Assembly (NCBI GenBank): GCA_965219445.1
Contig: CBDCNQ010000004.1
Span: 928,001-992,000, forward strand
Direction of reading: 5' to 3'
Source: Longimicrobiales bacterium
GTDB lineage: Bacteria > Gemmatimonadota > Gemmatimonadetes > Longimicrobiales > Gaopeijiaceae
Length of the DNA: 64,000 nucleotides
Under the pieces are notes generated by a model. It was not told where the DNA came from. It did no database searches and saw only the letters and a program-made list of their open reading frames with translations. How positions within the stretch are numbered: position 1 is the first letter of the stretch; each line of letters starts with the position of its first letter. Shown here one piece after another: positions 29,425 through 38,311 of this stretch. Position numbers and translations under genes: made by a program.

Positions 29425-29787
29425 GTGGCGCGTGTGCTCATCGTCGAAGATGAACCGACGGATCTGGCCGTCGTTAAAGGTATCGTCGAGCTATTGGGTC
29501 ATGAGCCCCATATTGCCTCGGATGGTGAGGAAGCCTACAGGAAGTACCTGAGGAAGGACATCGATGTCGTCATTACCGATCTCGAGATGCCTGGTGTGGG
29601 CGGGCTGGAGTTCATCGAGTCGTTGCTAGGGTTGTACCCCGAGGCGAAAATCATCGCTGTGTCCGGTGAAGGCCCGGACGGGCTCCACGCTGCGAGGCGC
29701 GCGGGTGCCATCGTGCTGATCAGCAAGCCCATCGGCCCCGAGGAGCTAGGCAAGGCCCTGGCAGAGGCAGGCCTCGAAAGTCCCTAA
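29425..29787 (+). CDS. Single-domain response regulator (CheY-like receiver)
   Basis: VLIVEDE, ITDLEMP, AVSG and SKP. The GTG start at 29425 is inferred. Confidence 0.9.
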   Translation: MARVLIVEDEPTDLAVVKGIVELLGHEPHIASDGEEAYRKYLRKDIDVVITDLEMPGVGGLEFIESLLGLYPEAKIIAVSGEGPDGLHAARRAGAIVLISKPIGPEELGKALAEAGLESP

Positions 29788-29797
29788 GGGAGGCGGC

Positions 29798-31768
29798 ATG
29801 ATGCGAACGCTGCTCTACGTCGTTGCGTGTACCGTTGCGATGAGTGTGCTCGTCGCCGTGCCAGCTGTCGCTCAACAGGGGGCGAGGGACGGGCAGTGGC
29901 GTGCGTTTGCTGCCGACGTTGGCGCAACGAAGTATTCACCGCTCGACGAAATCACGCGGAGCAACGTAGATGACCTGCGGATCGTCTGGCGCCGGCCGTC
30001 GGTCGATCAGTCGATCCTCGAGCACACGCCCGACGTCCGTAACCGGGCCCTCGACGCGACCCCGCTCATGGTCGACGGTGTGCTCTACAGCCCCAACGGT
30101 GTGGGGCTGGTGGAGGCGTTTGACCCGGGTACGGGCGAGACGCTCTGGGTACAGGAGCCGATGGAGAACGGACCGCACGCCTATCGACAAGGGGCCTCCA
30201 CCCGTGGCGTGGCCTATTGGACCGACGGCACCGACCGGAGAATTCTGGTGCAGAGGGCGCGATATCTTTACGCCCTTAACGCCGTCACCGGACGACCCTA
30301 CCCCGAATTCGGAGATGGCGGTCGGGTCGACCTGACGACGGGGCTCCAGGAAGGCGCCCTTTACCTTTGGGGCGGCGCACCCACCGTCGTGCGGGATGTC
30401 GTCGTCCTCGGCCAATCTATGTCGGACGACTTTGTGGCTAAGGAGGGTATCCGCGGCGATGTCAGGGCATTCGACGTGCGTACCGGCGAGCTTCGCTGGG
30501 TTTTTCACACGATCTCGCAGCCCGGCGAAATCGGGGACGAGACGTGGGAAGACGGCTCGTGGGAGTACACCGGGCACGCGCCGGTGTGGTCGCTGTTCAG
30601 CGCCGACGAGGAGTTAGGCTACGTCTATATGCCCGTGTCGTCATCGACGAGCGATATGTACGGTGGCCATCGCCTTGGTGACAATCTTTTCAGCCAAAGC
30701 CTGGTCTGTGTAAACGCCGAGACGGGCGAAGTCGTCTGGTACTATCAGCTCGTACATCACGGTTTGTGGGACTACGATCCGCCTGCGGCCCCGATTCTGA
30801 TGGATCTGGTCGTCGACGGGCGTCCGGTCCCAGCCGTTACGCAGATTACGAAGCAGGCGTTCGCCTTCGTGTTCGACCGTGCGACCGGTGAGCCGGTCTG
30901 GCCGATCGAAGAACGACCCGTGCCGCAGTCGGAAATGCCTGGCGAGAGGACGTCACCGACTCAGCCGTTTCCGACCAAGCCCCCGGCGTTCGACCGGCAG
31001 GGCTCCACCGAGGACAACCTGATCGACTTCACGCCGGAGTTGCGTGCCGAAGCGCTCGAAATCGTCGAACGTTACACGACCGGTCCGCTCTTCACGCCGC
31101 CTACGGTCCGTGGCGACGAACCGAACTCCAACCTGGGGACGATTCAGCTCCCGGGGTCTCAAGGGGGCGCCGACGTGCAGGGCGCGGCGTTCGATCCCGA
31201 GACGAACATGCTCTACGTACCGTCGATCACGGCGCCGTTCGTCGCCGACGTCCTCGAAGGCGATCCCGATCGCACGAACCTGCGGTACGTGAAGGGGACT
31301 CGCATGTGGATCGGAGGCCCCCGGGGTTTGCCTCTCATGAAGCCCCCCTACGGCCGGATCACCGCTTTCGACATGAACGCGGGGGAGATCGTCTGGCAGG
31401 TGCCGAACGGAAACGGGCCACGCGACCACCCTGCCATCAGACATCTCGGTCTGGACCGACTCGGCAACCCGGGCCGCCCCTCACCGCTGGCAACGGGGAC
31501 GTTGCTCTTCATTGGTGAGTCTGCCGGCATTCCACCCGGCGGTTTGAGGGTCCCGGAAGGGATGCCGGTCGAGATCTCCACCAACTACGGTGAACCGTGG
31601 TTCCGAGCGTACGATAAGGCAACGGGTGACGTAGTATGGGAGTTCGAGTTGCCCTCAAGAATGACGGGCGCACCGATGACTTACACGCACGAGGGCAAGC
31701 AGTACATCGTAGTCGCCCTCGGCGGTCAAGATTTGCCGAGCCAGTTCGTTGCGTTGAGCTTGCCCTAG
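29798..31768 (+). CDS. PQQ-dependent dehydrogenase, glucose/quinate dehydrogenase-like, without N-terminal TM domain
   Basis: KYSPLDEI, TRGVAYW, HHGLWDYDPPAAP, PVWPIEERPVP and KPPYGRITA. Confidence 0.9.
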   Translation: MMRTLLYVVACTVAMSVLVAVPAVAQQGARDGQWRAFAADVGATKYSPLDEITRSNVDDLRIVWRRPSVDQSILEHTPDVRNRALDATPLMVDGVLYSPNGVGLVEAFDPGTGETLWVQEPMENGPHAYRQGASTRGVAYWTDGTDRRILVQRARYLYALNAVTGRPYPEFGDGGRVDLTTGLQEGALYLWGGAPTVVRDVVVLGQSMSDDFVAKEGIRGDVRAFDVRTGELRWVFHTISQPGEIGDETWEDGSWEYTGHAPVWSLFSADEELGYVYMPVSSSTSDMYGGHRLGDNLFSQSLVCVNAETGEVVWYYQLVHHGLWDYDPPAAPILMDLVVDGRPVPAVTQITKQAFAFVFDRATGEPVWPIEERPVPQSEMPGERTSPTQPFPTKPPAFDRQGSTEDNLIDFTPELRAEALEIVERYTTGPLFTPPTVRGDEPNSNLGTIQLPGSQGGADVQGAAFDPETNMLYVPSITAPFVADVLEGDPDRTNLRYVKGTRMWIGGPRGLPLMKPPYGRITAFDMNAGEIVWQVPNGNGPRDHPAIRHLGLDRLGNPGRPSPLATGTLLFIGESAGIPPGGLRVPEGMPVEISTNYGEPWFRAYDKATGDVVWEFELPSRMTGAPMTYTHEGKQYIVVALGGQDLPSQFVALSLP

Positions 31769-31772
31769 CGGT

Positions 31773-32588
31773 TCACGGGCCCGTGTAGTTTCCACGTCCC
31801 GAGGTGAAGATCCTGAATCCCTGTTTGACGCGATATGCCTGACCACAGACCGGATCCGGACAGGCGCCGTCGGGAGGGCTCTGGTACGAGCCGCATAGCT
31901 TTCCCATATCCAAGCACGCTTCTGCGACCTTAGCGACCAGGGCCTCGACCTCGGGGTGGTACGGGTTGGAGGCTGGAGTCCCGACACCCAACCTGATGCT
32001 GAGATCGCCCTGGCCGACGAGCACGCCGCTCAAGCCCGGCACGCTCAGGACATCGCGGATCATGTCCACCATCTCAGGCGTTTCAATCATGATAAGCGCC
32101 ATGAGCTCGCCCTGCGGGTTGAGCGGCCACACGTCGGCCATGGTCACGTACACGTCCGGCTCCAGCCCCCAGTACCGGATCGCCGCGCCATCATTCCAGC
32201 CACGAGTTCCGTAGGGGTAGCGCAGGTTATCAGGAGTCGCCCGCTGCGGCGGATGACGCATCGTGGCGACGAACTTGGAGATCTCCGGGATCGTCTCGAC
32301 CATCGGGAGAATGATCCCCCCGAATCCCCGGTTCAGGAGGCCTGTCACGAGATGGTTGTATTCCTGGAACCCTTCGAAATCGATTCGGACCACCGGGAAG
32401 CCCGTGGGCTTCGTGGAGCCTTCGGGCCGGAGCGCGGCGAGCGCCGCTTCAACCAGGGGATAGGCGAACGGGTTGTGCTCAATGCCCGGGAGGTTGTTCC
32501 AGTGTTCACCGTTGAAGGAAGGCAGGTCGGCCTCGAACCGCTCAAGGCTTTCGACTTCAGGGACGCAGCGCCTCGGGGCTCTGCTCCA
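31773..32588 (-). pseudogene. HpcH/HpaI aldolase/citrate lyase family protein, probably 5'-truncated
   Basis: IEHNPF, GIILPMVET, YPYGTRG, DVWPLNPQGE, IMIET and VGQGDLS. The frame is open back to a stop at about 32589, with no ATG/GTG/TTG upstream of the EH motif. Confidence 0.7.
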
Positions 32589-32710
32589 TCAGCCAGTCCC
32601 AAAGCGCAGCTCCCCCGCCGACGACCCGCCCAAGATCTTCGCTCAGGAGATAGCCCTCCTCGACCAAGAGCCGGGCGGCCTCAACTCCGGTGGCTCGGGC
32701 AAACGACCCA
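32557..32710 (-). pseudogene. Possible C-terminal remnant of an alpha/beta-hydrolase-domain protein
   Basis: Reads VEAARLLVEEGYLLSEDLGRVVGGGAALWDWL*, which resembles the tail of that family as I recall it. No start or upstream body is present. Confidence 0.4.
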
Positions 32711-32743
32711 TGGCAGGATCGCGATAATTCCCTTGGACGAGTG

Positions 32744-33610
32744 CTACGCGAGCGCCCTTTCGAACAGAGCCAGTAGACGGCTCCACGCCCGCTCCGCCTG
32801 CGCCTCATGGTAGACGGTTGAATCGGGCGGGCACCATCCGTGCATCGCGCCGGCGTACACCTCAATCTCCGCTCGCAGTCCTGCCTGCGAGAACGCGTCG
32901 CGAAGCACGTCCTTGGCTTCTGGCTGGTTGTTGTCGTCGTTCTCGGCGATCGCGAACAGATACTGCGCCTTCATCTGGGGAACGAGGAGATGCGGGCTAT
33001 CGGCCTGATCCGTCACCAGTCCGCCACCGTGGAACGACGCGGCGGCGCCGATGCGATCTGGGACCGCGGCGGCGGTCCGCATCGTGAACGGTCCGCCCAT
33101 GCAGTAGCCCATCGTCCCCATCCCCCGGTTCCGGTCCACCGCTGGCTGGGTATCGAGGAAGCCGACGAACGCCCTCGCGTCCCTCGTCTGAGTGCCCGCA
33201 TTCAGCGACCCCATCAGCGGCCTGAGCTGGTCACGCACTTCGGCGAAATTCGTAGTGTTTACGATCGGTGCCCGCTGCGACCGGTAGTACTGGTTGACCA
33301 CCAAGACCGAGTAGCCGGATTCCGCAAGCCGGCTGGCCATCTGCTTCTTGGCGGACCGCAAGCCAAACGCATCGGGCCAGATCAGGACGCCCGGATGAGC
33401 CCCACTCGAAGGATGCACGAAGTAGCAATCCGCGACACCATCGGGGGTCGTGACGTCGATGTCGGCTTCCGACACGGCCTGGGCGTTCGCGGCCCGCGGC
33501 AAGAGCCACGCCAACCCCGCTCCCGCAGACACGGCTCCAAACTGCCGCCGTGTCATTTTCGTCGTACGCACGTACTCGGTGTTGTCGGTATCGGTTCGGT
33601 CATCGCACAT
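32744..33610 (-). CDS. Dienelactone hydrolase family protein with Tat signal
   Basis: TRRQFG, WPDAFG, GYCMGG, ASFHGG and AMHGW. Confidence 0.9.
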   Translation of the reverse strand: MCDDRTDTDNTEYVRTTKMTRRQFGAVSAGAGLAWLLPRAANAQAVSEADIDVTTPDGVADCYFVHPSSGAHPGVLIWPDAFGLRSAKKQMASRLAESGYSVLVVNQYYRSQRAPIVNTTNFAEVRDQLRPLMGSLNAGTQTRDARAFVGFLDTQPAVDRNRGMGTMGYCMGGPFTMRTAAAVPDRIGAAASFHGGGLVTDQADSPHLLVPQMKAQYLFAIAENDDNNQPEAKDVLRDAFSQAGLRAEIEVYAGAMHGWCPPDSTVYHEAQAERAWSRLLALFERALA

Positions 33611-33662
33611 GAGTGCCTCCTCGCTGACAGGGATCTTCTCGGGGGCGGTGGCTCAGGGATCT

Positions 33663-34706
33663 CTATTCGGGCCGGTTTCCCACCGACTGCCTTTCCTGGT
33701 AACGCGCGCCACTCAAGACGTTCGAGAGCGAGTAGTTACCCTCGTGACAGGCGTACTCGTAAATCATCTGGTCGAACGCGTGCCAGGGGATCTGCCCGCC
33801 CCACACCTCGGTGTAGGTCCTCGGGTCTTGAACCTCGAACTCGTAGAGGATGTTGTCCTCGTCGAGCCGGGTGATGCGCTCGATCACCTTCAGATCCTCG
33901 GAATTCGGGATCTTGTCGCTCGACTCATTGAAGCCCATGTCAGGGTGGATGTTGGTGGTCTCGACCACGAGGGTGTTACCCTCCCAACGGCCCCACGAGT
34001 CGCCGAACCAGGGCCTTACGTGGGCCGGCAGTCGATTCGGCTCACCGAGCCGGATGATCCGCGTGTCGTGGATCATCTCCCCGTGAATCACGACGTAGTC
34101 CGCCGTCTGGATGACACGGATGTTTTGGTTGTATCCCCCGGAGGGTGTCATCGGAGGCCCGAGGGTGGCCGTGGGGCTCGAGGCGTAGTAAACGATGCAC
34201 CGATCCGCCAGCGGCCGTAGCTCCGGATGGTCGTATTCGCCGAACTGGTCTCGGAACCCGTGGTACTCGTCCTTCCGCTCCTGGCCCTCTGCCGTAAGCG
34301 CGGGTATCCGGCCATTCGACGGATAGGTGATGAGTGAGGTCCGGGGCTCGCCGTTGACGATGGCCACGCGCGCGCCTTGCTCGAACCAGACTTGGTTGTA
34401 GCTACCGACCCCGCCAGTCACTTCCGGTGCAGGGCGGTTCGGGTCGCTCGGCTGGGAACCACGGACGACACGGTCCACAAATCCTTGTTCGAGCTGGGCA
34501 ACCTCTTCGGGCGTGTAGACCGGACCCTGGTTCCCTCGACGTTCGAACGGCGTCATCGTCGCGTTTCTCCACGTTCCCTGAAGGTCCGGATGACCATCGG
34601 GCGTCCTGGGCATCACCCACTGCTGAGCCGCGACCGGGGCGAAAAGCCCTGCCGCCGCGGTCACGAGGCAGAGCCACAGAAACGAAGTCGAATGTCGTGT
34701 CCTCAT
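33663..34706 (-). CDS. Exported protein of unknown function; paralog of 2275-3396
   Basis: GGAGG RBS before ATG 34706 and a signal peptide. GHPDLQGTW ... YEYACHEGNY. Confidence 0.8.
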   Translation of the reverse strand: MRTRHSTSFLWLCLVTAAAGLFAPVAAQQWVMPRTPDGHPDLQGTWRNATMTPFERRGNQGPVYTPEEVAQLEQGFVDRVVRGSQPSDPNRPAPEVTGGVGSYNQVWFEQGARVAIVNGEPRTSLITYPSNGRIPALTAEGQERKDEYHGFRDQFGEYDHPELRPLADRCIVYYASSPTATLGPPMTPSGGYNQNIRVIQTADYVVIHGEMIHDTRIIRLGEPNRLPAHVRPWFGDSWGRWEGNTLVVETTNIHPDMGFNESSDKIPNSEDLKVIERITRLDEDNILYEFEVQDPRTYTEVWGGQIPWHAFDQMIYEYACHEGNYSLSNVLSGARYQERQSVGNRPE

Positions 34707-34971
34707 CTCCCGTCCTCCTGGCCGGTAGGATCCCTCCACAGATCTAACGCACGCGTAAGAGAAAAGCGATCGGAGCAACTGCTTTCGTCTACCGACCGAC
34801 GGCCAGCCGATTTCTATTTCGTAGACCGGTGGGGGACTTGCGGTGAAGCCACATTGTTGTATTAAGAGTTCACATAAGTGCCCATCGCCTGAGGGGTCAA
34901 AGACATCTGGGCACCCAGGGCCCGCAGAGGTGTAAACGGGGCAGTGCACAGACGATAGGAGATCTTGAACG

Positions 34972-35376
34972 ATGCTGAAGGAGACCAACAAGTCTATCGC
35001 TCTCGCCGCCACGCTCGCGTTGGGCCTACTGGCCTCGGCTCCGCTGTACGCCGACGCCGTGATTCAGCACTTCGCGCTGTCCAGCTCGACACCGGCAGCC
35101 GGCGCGACGATCGAGGAGGTCCCCGCGATCCAGCTCACCTTCACCCAGGTGCCCAAGGAAGAGGGCAGGCTGATCCGTTTGGCCAACCCCCAGGGACAGC
35201 AGGTGAAGCTCGGCTCGATCCAGATGGACGCCGCGAGAGTCATGTCGGCTCGTGTCGAGACGCAAAGCCTGCACGACGGCACCTATACGGTCAATTGGCG
35301 AGGCGCCGGGGACGACGGTCACTTCATCACGGGTGAGTACACCTTCACGCTCCAGGCTACGACGGCGAGCCGCTAG
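34972..35376 (+). CDS. copC: Copper resistance protein CopC
   Basis: HFALSSSTPAAGA and YTVNWRGAGDDGHFITGEYTF. Confidence 0.85.
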   Translation: MLKETNKSIALAATLALGLLASAPLYADAVIQHFALSSSTPAAGATIEEVPAIQLTFTQVPKEEGRLIRLANPQGQQVKLGSIQMDAARVMSARVETQSLHDGTYTVNWRGAGDDGHFITGEYTFTLQATTASR

Positions 35377-35400
35377 TAAGCAGCGACCCGCTAATAATCT

Positions 35401-36330
35401 GTGTCGCTAATCGGCACGATAGGCCCCACCGCACGGTGGGGCCTTTTTGTAGGCATTACGCTCATGCTGGGGGTGATCGCATTCCGACTGGCGGTATTGC
35501 CCCGTTGGAAGGGGGCCCACCCCTGGCCTCAGACCATTCCCGGAGCTGATGAGACATCGGCCAAGCTCGGGCTCGGAGCGGCCCTGGGGTTGGTCTTGGT
35601 GCTCCCATTCATCCTGCTCGACCAAATTCTGCTGTTCCGAGATCCCCTCTCACCGTTCGGAGCGGAGCTCGACCTCCTCGTCACGGCCACGACGTGGGGA
35701 AGGATGTGGCAGCTCCAACTGCTCTCAGGGATTCTGGCCGTGGTGGCCTTCGCGATCGTACAGGGGCGCCGTGAAGCGAGGATCTGGTGGCGCTTCGCCG
35801 CGGCAGCTGTGCTTTTCTGCGCTACCATTCCCGCGCTGTCCGGTCACTCCGCAGGCACAGAGCGATTCCACGTGCTGGCCGTCGGAGCAGACGCGCTCCA
35901 CGTCATCAGCGCGGGTACGTGGCTCGGAGGACTCGGAGCGCTCGTGATCGTCGTGGGAGTTGCCGTAAGGAGGGGAGCCGTGGCGTCCGAGATGCTTCCG
36001 GGCGCCGTGGCAGCGTTTTCCCCCCTGGCCCTCTTGAGCGCGAGTAGTGTGGTGGGCACCGGACTCATCGCGACGTGGCTTCACGTGGGATCGCTGGGCG
36101 GATTGTTCGGCTCCACGTACGGACGCATCCTGCTGCTCAAGGTGGGGCTGGTGGGAGTGGCCGCGGGCCTGGGCGCCTACAACTGGAAGCGCGTGACTCC
36201 CCGTCTGGGGTCGCCCGAGGGCTCCAAGGCGTTCATGTCGGGTTCCGGGCGGTCCGAGATCGTGATCGGGCTCCTGATTCTTCTCCTCACAGCCATCCTC
36301 GTGGTGACGCCCCATCCCACGGAGGGCTAG
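35401..36330 (+). CDS. copD: Copper transport protein CopD
   Basis: Multi-TM protein with ALSGHS, LHVISAGTWLGGL and YGRILLLK. Directly follows copC. Confidence 0.85.
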   Translation: MSLIGTIGPTARWGLFVGITLMLGVIAFRLAVLPRWKGAHPWPQTIPGADETSAKLGLGAALGLVLVLPFILLDQILLFRDPLSPFGAELDLLVTATTWGRMWQLQLLSGILAVVAFAIVQGRREARIWWRFAAAAVLFCATIPALSGHSAGTERFHVLAVGADALHVISAGTWLGGLGALVIVVGVAVRRGAVASEMLPGAVAAFSPLALLSASSVVGTGLIATWLHVGSLGGLFGSTYGRILLLKVGLVGVAAGLGAYNWKRVTPRLGSPEGSKAFMSGSGRSEIVIGLLILLLTAILVVTPHPTEG

Positions 36331-36391
36331 GGTGGACGGCCTCCGGCGGAGAAGCCTACTTTGTTCGAGCCTTTCCCCACAGAGGTATCCG

Positions 36392-37291
36392 ATGCGCACC
36401 CTGAAGAAACTCGGCTCACTGATGGCTCTCGTCGCCCTCGTTTCGCTACTCACCCTTGCGGCGGGGCAGCAAGTCCCCACCCTCACGCCCCAGCAGGAGG
36501 CGCGGCTGCGGATTCGTGAAGTGATGGACGGCCTCTACGTCCTTCCCGGGTTCGACGGCGGGCAGTCGGGTGGGAACGTGGCGGTCCGGGTGACCGACGA
36601 CGGTGTCATTATCGTCGACGACAAGTTCCCCTACAGCTTCGATTTCATCACCGCGCAGGTCAGCAGCGTCACCAATCAGCCGATCAAGTACGTGCTCAAC
36701 ACCCATCACCACGACGACCATTCCGGCAGCAATGCCGACTTCATGCCCTCAGCCGAAGTGATCGCGCACAAGAACGCCCGCGCGAACATCGTCCGCAACA
36801 ACCAGCCTGGCGCGCCGCGCGTCATCTTCGCGGACGAAACCGCGGTATTCCTGGGCGGTGCGGAAGTCCAGATGTTTCACTTCGGACGGGGCCATACCAA
36901 CGGGGATGCCATAGTCTATTTCCCTGATCTCCGCACGGTCCACACGGGCGATCTCTTAGTCTATGGCCAGCGTTTGGACGGCAGCACCCTGTCGCCGTTC
37001 TGGGACTTCGGTAACGGCGGCAGCGTGCTCGAGTGGCCGGCCACGCTGACCCGCCTGTTGGCCCTCGACTTCGACACCGTGATTCCGGGTCACGGGCCGA
37101 TCCTGACCAAGGCCGACATCAGGACGTTCCGCGGCAAGCTCGAGACCGTGATCGATCGAGTCCGCGCCGAAATCGCGGCAGGCGCGAGGCGAGATGACGT
37201 CGCCTCTCGGGTCGACACGACCGACCTGGACTGGCCGCTCGCGCCGGTGCGCATCCAGAACGTGTTCGACGAGTTGACCGCAGCCCAGTAG
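36392..37291 (+). CDS. MBL-fold metallo-hydrolase, exported
   Basis: NTHHHDDHSG, GHTNGD, HTGD and IPGHG. Signal peptide. Confidence 0.9.
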   Translation: MRTLKKLGSLMALVALVSLLTLAAGQQVPTLTPQQEARLRIREVMDGLYVLPGFDGGQSGGNVAVRVTDDGVIIVDDKFPYSFDFITAQVSSVTNQPIKYVLNTHHHDDHSGSNADFMPSAEVIAHKNARANIVRNNQPGAPRVIFADETAVFLGGAEVQMFHFGRGHTNGDAIVYFPDLRTVHTGDLLVYGQRLDGSTLSPFWDFGNGGSVLEWPATLTRLLALDFDTVIPGHGPILTKADIRTFRGKLETVIDRVRAEIAAGARRDDVASRVDTTDLDWPLAPVRIQNVFDELTAAQ

Positions 37292-37399
37292 TGCCTGGGG
37301 GCGCGAGTGCGATTACGCTGTCCCTGCGTAATACGAGGTCGTTATCGCAGGGCAATGCTTGAAAAATAGGCGCCGATAATCGTGGGAGAGGATTTCTCG

Positions 37400-38308
37400 A
37401 TGGATCAGCAGATCGAATGGCCGATAAAGACACGAGAGTTCCAGTCAGCCGCTATTGACTCGACCTACTGGAACGATTTCGCGTTCCGCGATGACGACAT
37501 CATCATCGGAACGTACGCCAAGTCGGGCACCACCTGGGTTCAGCAGATCGTCGCCCAGCTCATCTTCAACGGTGAGGAAGGATTGCCGGTAGCCCAGATG
37601 TCACCCTGGCTCGATTTTCGTCTGCCGCCGCTCGAAGAGAAGCTGCCCGGCATCGAGGCCCAGGAACATCGGCGTTTCATAAAAACTCACCTTCCGGTAG
37701 ACGCGCTGGTGTTCTCTCCGAAGGCGAAATACCTCTACATCGCTCGCGATGGCCGTGACGTGGTGTGGAGTTTCTACAACCACCACTACTACATGAACGA
37801 CATTTTTTACGACGGCATAAGGGCCCTACCGTATCTCGGCCGCGTGTGGGAGCGGCCGCGCACCAACGACCTCAGAGAATATTTTCTCGACTGGTTCAAT
37901 AATGAGGGCTTCCCGCTGTGGCCATTCTGGGAAAACCTTCGCACCTGGTGGGCAATCCGCGACCTTCCCAATGTCTATTTGGTTCACTACCAGAATCTCA
38001 AGGACGACATGGAAGGCGAGATGCGCAGGATGGCCGCGTTCCTCGAAATCCCCATCGACGAGAGTCGATGGGAAGAAATGGTCCTCCATTGCACCTTCGA
38101 CTACATGAAGAATCACGCGCCCCTGAGCACCCCGTTAGCCGGGGAGATCTTCGACGGCGGCGCCAAGGTGTTCATCAACAAGGGCACCAACGGCCGTTGG
38201 TGTGACACGTTGACAAAGGAAGACGTCGAGGCTTACGAGGCCCGGGCGACCGATGAGCTCGGGCCCGAGTGCGCGCATTGGCTGGCGACGGGTGAGTTTC
38301 TGAAGTAG
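37400..38308 (+). CDS. PAPS-dependent sulfotransferase (Sulfotransfer_1)
   Basis: TYAKSGTTW (5'-PSB), KTHLP, YIARDGRDVVWS (3'-PB) and KGTNGRW. Confidence 0.9.
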   Translation: MDQQIEWPIKTREFQSAAIDSTYWNDFAFRDDDIIIGTYAKSGTTWVQQIVAQLIFNGEEGLPVAQMSPWLDFRLPPLEEKLPGIEAQEHRRFIKTHLPVDALVFSPKAKYLYIARDGRDVVWSFYNHHYYMNDIFYDGIRALPYLGRVWERPRTNDLREYFLDWFNNEGFPLWPFWENLRTWWAIRDLPNVYLVHYQNLKDDMEGEMRRMAAFLEIPIDESRWEEMVLHCTFDYMKNHAPLSTPLAGEIFDGGAKVFINKGTNGRWCDTLTKEDVEAYEARATDELGPECAHWLATGEFLK

Positions 38309-38311
38309 GGG

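Noticed and set aside
34860..34960. Hairpin (GTGCCCA/TGGGCAC) upstream of copC and a GGCGATGG word on the minus strand, considered as a riboswitch
   Set aside because: It lacks the remaining conserved fluoride or other riboswitch elements that I can recognise. An Rfam scan would settle it.
37312..37351. Overlapping inverted repeats upstream of the sulfotransferase
   Set aside because: Short stems, no U-tract and no recognisable RNA family.
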